From the IMG/VR virus record IMGVR_UViG_3300047477_000084, positions 1-27,908 of that record: a stretch of DNA of 27,908 nt, one strand, 5' to 3'. Position numbers and translations under genes: made by a program. Under the pieces are notes generated by a model. That model did not search any database. It saw only the letters and a program-made list of their open reading frames with translations, and was not told where the DNA came from. Within the stretch, counting starts at the first letter, position 1, and every line of letters begins with the position of its first letter. Of the stretch, positions 19,301 through 25,300 are shown piece by piece. Source of the DNA: a virus (taxonomy: Duplodnaviria; Caudoviricetes).

Positions 19301-22300
19301 GCGCAGACTGATCGAGAGCCTGCCGCCGGAAGATCAATGGAAGGTGCTGAAAGTGGCACGGCAACTGCAGAAGCTGCGCCAGAAGAAGATGGATTCGACC
19401 TTGCCGGCTACACAGAAAGCGATCTCCGACGCCAAGGGCGGGAAGCCGAGCAACAGCAGCGAGAAGTAGAGCGCCAGCGCGCCGCCGCTGACAAGGCGCG
19501 CCAGGACGAAGAAACCCGCAAGGAAATCCGCCGCCGATCTGAGGCTGCGGCTGATACGTTCACGCTGGGTGGGAACGCCGAGGACAATCTGACCGGGCAG
19601 GGCGGGCTGTTTGATGCGCCTGCAGAAACAATACACAAGCCAATTAACATGGTTTCAAAATCAGACGGATCTGGTTTTGCCTCGCGGGATGCGCTCCGCG
19701 CGGCAGCAACGCGAGATGGCGTGCCGCAGTCCAGCCTGATTGAGAAAAGGGACGAGGCGGGCAACTGGATCGGACTTCGTCATGAGCCTGATGGCGCCAT
19801 TGACCGAATTATCACGGATCAATCGCGCGCAGGGAAAGTGATTGGCACGTCTGTCCGTGACTTGCATTCAGATGACGTTTACACGCTGCTAATGGCCGCA
19901 AGTAGCAAAAAGCAGATCAACGCGATTGCCGACTATATCGGCAAATACGCGCCACGCGCTGCAGCGGATGCCGTGAAATCACGCATTGATTCCGCGCTGA
20001 AGCAGAAGGGATGGGCGACCGAAGAATCGCTGTATGGCGGCGGGCTGTTTTCTGTTGCGAAAGGCGTGCGAACAGCGTGGGCAGACGACATGCCAGACGC
20101 GATCATCCAGGCACCGCTAAACGCCATGAAAGACCATCCCGACTATGTGGCCGCCAAGGCGGGCGATGTGGACGCCGCCGCGCGGGTGGTTGCAGCCACG
20201 ATGCAACAAACAAAAATCGATGAAATCCGGAGATTGATTGGCGACAGGACGCCGGTTATTGTTCCCGTCCATGCCCGCGAGTCGGAGGGCGTGAACGAGT
20301 TGCCGATGGCCTACGCCAACGCCCTTGGTAGCGTTCTTGGTTTGGACGTGACAGATACCGTCATTCAGGCAGAAAGGGTGAATCGCTCGTCTGGAGACGG
20401 GTGGTATCGACTCGCGAATCCGGTGCCATTCTCCGGCGATGTGGAACCAGGCGTAGAGTATGTGTTGATCGTTGACGACACTTTGACGCAAGGCGGTACG
20501 CTTGCCGGACTGAAAGGCCACATCGAATCACAGGGCGGCAAAGTTATCCTTGCCAGCACATTGACGGGTAAACAATATTCGGCCAAACTCAGCCTGGCTA
20601 AATCAACATTAAAAGCACTTCGCAGCCAATATGGACAACTCGAAAACTGGTGGCGCAATACATTCGGATATGGCTTTGACCGCCTCACAGAGTGGGAAGC
20701 CAGATACATCCTCGCCAGCGGCAAGAATGCTGACGCCATCAGAACTACAATCTCTGAAAGACGACGCGAAGCGCGCCTCCGCACGGATGAAAGAGATTCT
20801 CAAGGCGAATCCGCTGCCGTTCCACTAAAAGACGCGCCACGACATAGCTTCGCCGGCCGCACCGCCCGCACTGCCGATGCCCATGCACTCAGTAACGCGC
20901 AATCCAGATTGGATGTTGGCGATGACGCGGAAACCGTGCGCCAGAATACTGGCTGGTTTAAAGGCGCGGATGGCAAGTGGCGGTTTGAGATTGACGACAG
21001 CAATGCGCAACTGAAACGCGACAGCCGCGATGCGGATCAATACGCCGATATCTTTGACGAGGCGGCAAGCCATGCCGTGCCGCTGGCTGACATGCTGGAT
21101 CATCCTGCGCTGTTTGCGGCCTATCCGCAGTTGAAATCGGCCAAGGTGGTAGTTGACCATTCTCTTGAAGTTGGGGGTACCTATAGCGATGCAACACGGA
21201 CAATAACCGTTAAAGACCCATACTCATATTCTGATGGTCATGATGAGCTGAAGTCTGTTCTGTTGCATGAGATTCAGCACGCGATACAAAGCAAAGAAGG
21301 CTTCGCGCTTGGTACTCGTCCGTCATATTTTGATAATCAAATAGCCATCGCCAATGACGACGTAAAACTTTGGTATGCCATTAAGTTGATTAAGTCGGAG
21401 ATGAGTAGAGGGCTGTCGGGCAAAAAAGCACTGGCTTCAGTTATTGACGCTGGTATCAATGCGGATGAGGATCACCTTGACGCGGCAAAGAGCATTCGCG
21501 CAGAGGATATCGAAAGATATTTAAATGACGCATATGCATACGTCAGCAAATTTGAATCTTCATACAACATGTACTGGAAGGCAGGGGGAGAAGTCGAAGC
21601 CCGCAACGTGCAGGCCCGCGCCAACCTGACTGCAGATCAGCGCCGCAACACGCCACCATCGCAAACCGCCGACGTAGCCGATCAGGACGTAATTCTGGTA
21701 TACAACGGCAAGGAAATGGCGCATGCCCCGGCTATTGCCAATGCCAAAGACCACACCCGCACGCACGGCATGCCGGCCAAAGACCTGCAGGCCATCATTG
21801 CCAAGGCGCTGCCGGCGCATCTGCGCGAGCGGGTCAAGGTAGCGCAAAGCCGCAGCAACAATGCCCAACAATCGGCACGGTCGGAAGATCGCGACTTGAC
21901 CGAGGCTGAGTACGATCCGGCAACCGGGCAGCTTACGCTATACGCGGACGCCATCCCGACACCAGAGCGCGCCTTGTTTGTGTTATCGCATGAGCTGACG
22001 CATTACGGGCTGGATGCGAAATACGGTTTTGGCCTATCCAGCATTCTGCTGGAAGCACGCAATAACCCGATGATTGCCAAGCTGGCAGCGGCCATTGCGG
22101 TTGACCGTGGCATGGCCGTCAACAGCGTGCGTCAGGATATTGCTGATGCGCGGGGCGTACCCGTTGCCCGCGTGGCCCGCAGCGCGGCCGTTCACCGCCT
22201 GCAAGTGGAAACCGCCAACGAGGCATTGGCAGAGCTGAATGCGGCCATCGAGCGCAACGACTTCGCCTATCTGCAGGATCGGTATGGCGTGGCGGTGCCA

Positions 22301-25300
22301 AAGATGATGCGCAATAATCTGCGCGGCCGGCTGTCACGCCTGGCGGCATCGGTGAAGGCATGGCTGGCCAAACTGACTGGCAAGCAAGCCAGCGACTACA
22401 GCGATAAACAGGTGTGGGATTTGCTGGCTGGGGTGCGTGAAACGGTGCGTGGTGGCGGAAAAGAGGCGGGAAAGGGGCGGGAAAGTGGCGACACTTTGGC
22501 GGAATCGGGTGATGAATGGCGGGATTCTGGCGAAAAAGTGGCGGAAACCATGAGCAGCCAATCGCCATCGCCAATAGACGCACATCGCGCCATTCGACGT
22601 GTCTTGCAGGCGCTGGCATCGGTGCATAATACCGGCAATGATTTGTTCAGCTATCCGAAGCCATCTGACAGCCTAAAGGACATTGGCGACATTGCCGGTG
22701 TGATTGACCCTGGCATGAAGGTTGGAAAGCCGATCATCGACAAACAGACCGGTGATCAGAACTACATTGTGACTATGCCTAACGGCGGCACGGCAACAAT
22801 CGTGGTCGCTGGCAACGTGGTGTATATCGACGCAAGCCAATTGGAGAAAACAACCGGCGGCGGATCGATGCTGTATGCGCTGGCTGGGGCTTTCGCGCAT
22901 AACAATGGCAAAGTATTTCATGGTGACCCTGCCGATTTGTCGGCGGTAGCGCTGTTCCGTCGTACCGAGAATATGGCAAGCCTGGCGCTGAAATATGGAA
23001 CGACAGACTTTATTGCACCGCATTTCAAGCAGGTAGACCCTACCGCTCGTCGGGCTTTTGACCCGCTGGAAGGCAGGGAGCGTACTATACTTTGGAAAGA
23101 ATCAGACAAGCCGATTATCGAGCGGGCCGCCAGCCTGCCATGGGGCAATGATCAGGATGCCAATTTTGATAACCTGATGCGCGCCAGCCACGATAATACG
23201 CTGTCGCTTGTTCCAGAGTTGAGGGATATCCACTATGACCTTGCTAATCGACAGTTTGTTGACGGACGTGGAAACGTCGTTACAGACGCAGACTTTAAGA
23301 CCATCCTTGAAGGAGCTGCCATACGCTTGCGCCGCGAGGGATTGGGACAGCTTACCGCTGGACAGGAAGATGTGCAGGCTAAGGTCGGCCCGTGGTCAGT
23401 TGTTGGAAGCCGCACGGCTAAAAGCGCGATTATCTACGCATCCTTACTACGCGAAAGCCGCAGCGACGGAGGACGGCGACGCATATTGGATTGGGCGAGC
23501 AGCCAGCTATGGGGGGGCGGAGTAATCGACCCTGCATTAAGGCGGACGCGCTACAGCAAAAAACAGAAACAACCCGATTCGGCGGGTTTTTCTTTGTCCG
23601 AAGAAACCAAAACCCAAGCAGCGAAAACAATCAACGTTGACGGAGTGACACGCCCGACTACCAACAGCAACGGCCAGCCTATCGCGCAGACCGAAGAAGG
23701 TTTGCGCAACTTCTGGCGCTGGTTTGGTGATAGCAAGGTTGTGGATAAGGATGGCAAGCCGCTGGTGGTGTATCACGGCGGAAATGTTAATGACGTTTTC
23801 GACAAGAAATTCAACGGGACCGGCGGAGGGAGGGAGGGCGGATTCTTCTTCACGCCAGACATTAGGCAAGCGAGGGATTACGCAGGCACTGGCGATGTAA
23901 AGCGCGTTTATCTGTCATTGCAAAACCCTGCCATGACCGATGTACAGCTTGAAATCGACGAGGCGCAAGCAGCGTTGGACAGCGGGTATGATGGGTATTG
24001 GGTGATCGACGACGATCTTGTTGACGAAAGCGAAATCGTCGTATTCGACCCCACCCAGATCAAATCCGCTACTGGCAACCGCGGCACGTTCAACAGCAGC
24101 GACCCGAATATTCTGCGCAGCACCGCACCCAAACAACCCGCTTCGGCGGGTTTTTCTTTGTCCGAAGAAACCAAAACCCAAGCAGCACAGCGCGAAGTGC
24201 AAGACAACATGAACCGCTGGAAACAGGTGCTGGAGAATGTGCGCGAGCAGGGCGGGCAGGTTGACGAGCAGAACGACGTGTACGGCGCAGAAGAACGATT
24301 CCACGGCCGGGCCGCTACGCGCATTGAGGATTTTGCGCGGGATGAGGTTGAGCCGCTGATGGAGCGCCTGGCTGATTCTGGCCACACGCTGCAGGAGGTT
24401 GAGCAATATCTGCTGGCGCAGCACGCCGAAGAAGCCAATGCGCGCATTCGTGAGATTGACGATAGCCGTGACACGGCGTTTGGTATGGAAGATGGCGAGG
24501 CGCAGTCGATACTGGCGAAGTTTGCGGCGCTGCCGGATGCGGCCGAATTCAAGCGGCTGGCCAATGATTTCCGCCGGATTTCCGAAGGCACGTTGTCGCT
24601 CTACGTGAAGGCCGGCATTGTGGCGCCAGATTCGGCCCATGCCATGCGGCTGGCGTATCAGTTCTATGTGCCGGTGAAGGGTGGCGACGAGGATCAGGCC
24701 GCACGCCAAGGCACTGGCAAGGGTTTGAGCGTGAACGGCAAGCAGAAGCGCCGCATGGGCCACGATATGCGCGATGAGCATGTGCTTGAGAACATGCTGC
24801 GCGACCGTCAACGCGCCATTGTTCTGGCCGAGAAAAACAACGTCGGCACCTATCTGCTGGATCTGATCGAGCGCAATCCTGATCCGAAGCTGTGGACGGT
24901 GAATGTGCTGCCGAAACAGAAGGTGCTGCGCGATCAGGTGTCGTATGTGGTTGAACTGAACGGCCAGATGCTGGACGCATTCAACAGCATGGAGGCGGCC
25001 CGCGTGTTTATCCAGGCCGAGGCGGCGCGCACAGGCAGCAAGCCAGGCGCGTTTGCCGTGTCGAAATCGTCTGATCCGTATGTGACGATGATGGCCAAGC
25101 CCACGCTGCAAGATCACGAGGTGCAGGTTTACGTTCAGGGCCGGGCGGTGCGGATTCAGTTGCACGATCCGATTCTGGCGGGGCAGTACCGGCGCATGGG
25201 TACGGAACAAATGGGGCGCATCATCGAGGCGGGCAAGTCGCTGAATCGCTGGCTGTCCAAGGTGTATACCGGCTACAACCCGGAATTCTTCGTCAAGAAC

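Noticed and set aside
22454-24186. CRISPR array or diversity-generating retroelement interpretation of the repeats
   Set aside because: No repeat-spacer series and no cas or reverse transcriptase gene in the window; the 56-bp pair differs at only one base and flanks a domain
24018-24212. +1-frame 64-aa ORF at the ART end as a fourth nested gene
   Set aside because: TTG start without SD, runs through the terminator, and has low-complexity Pro/Thr/Arg composition
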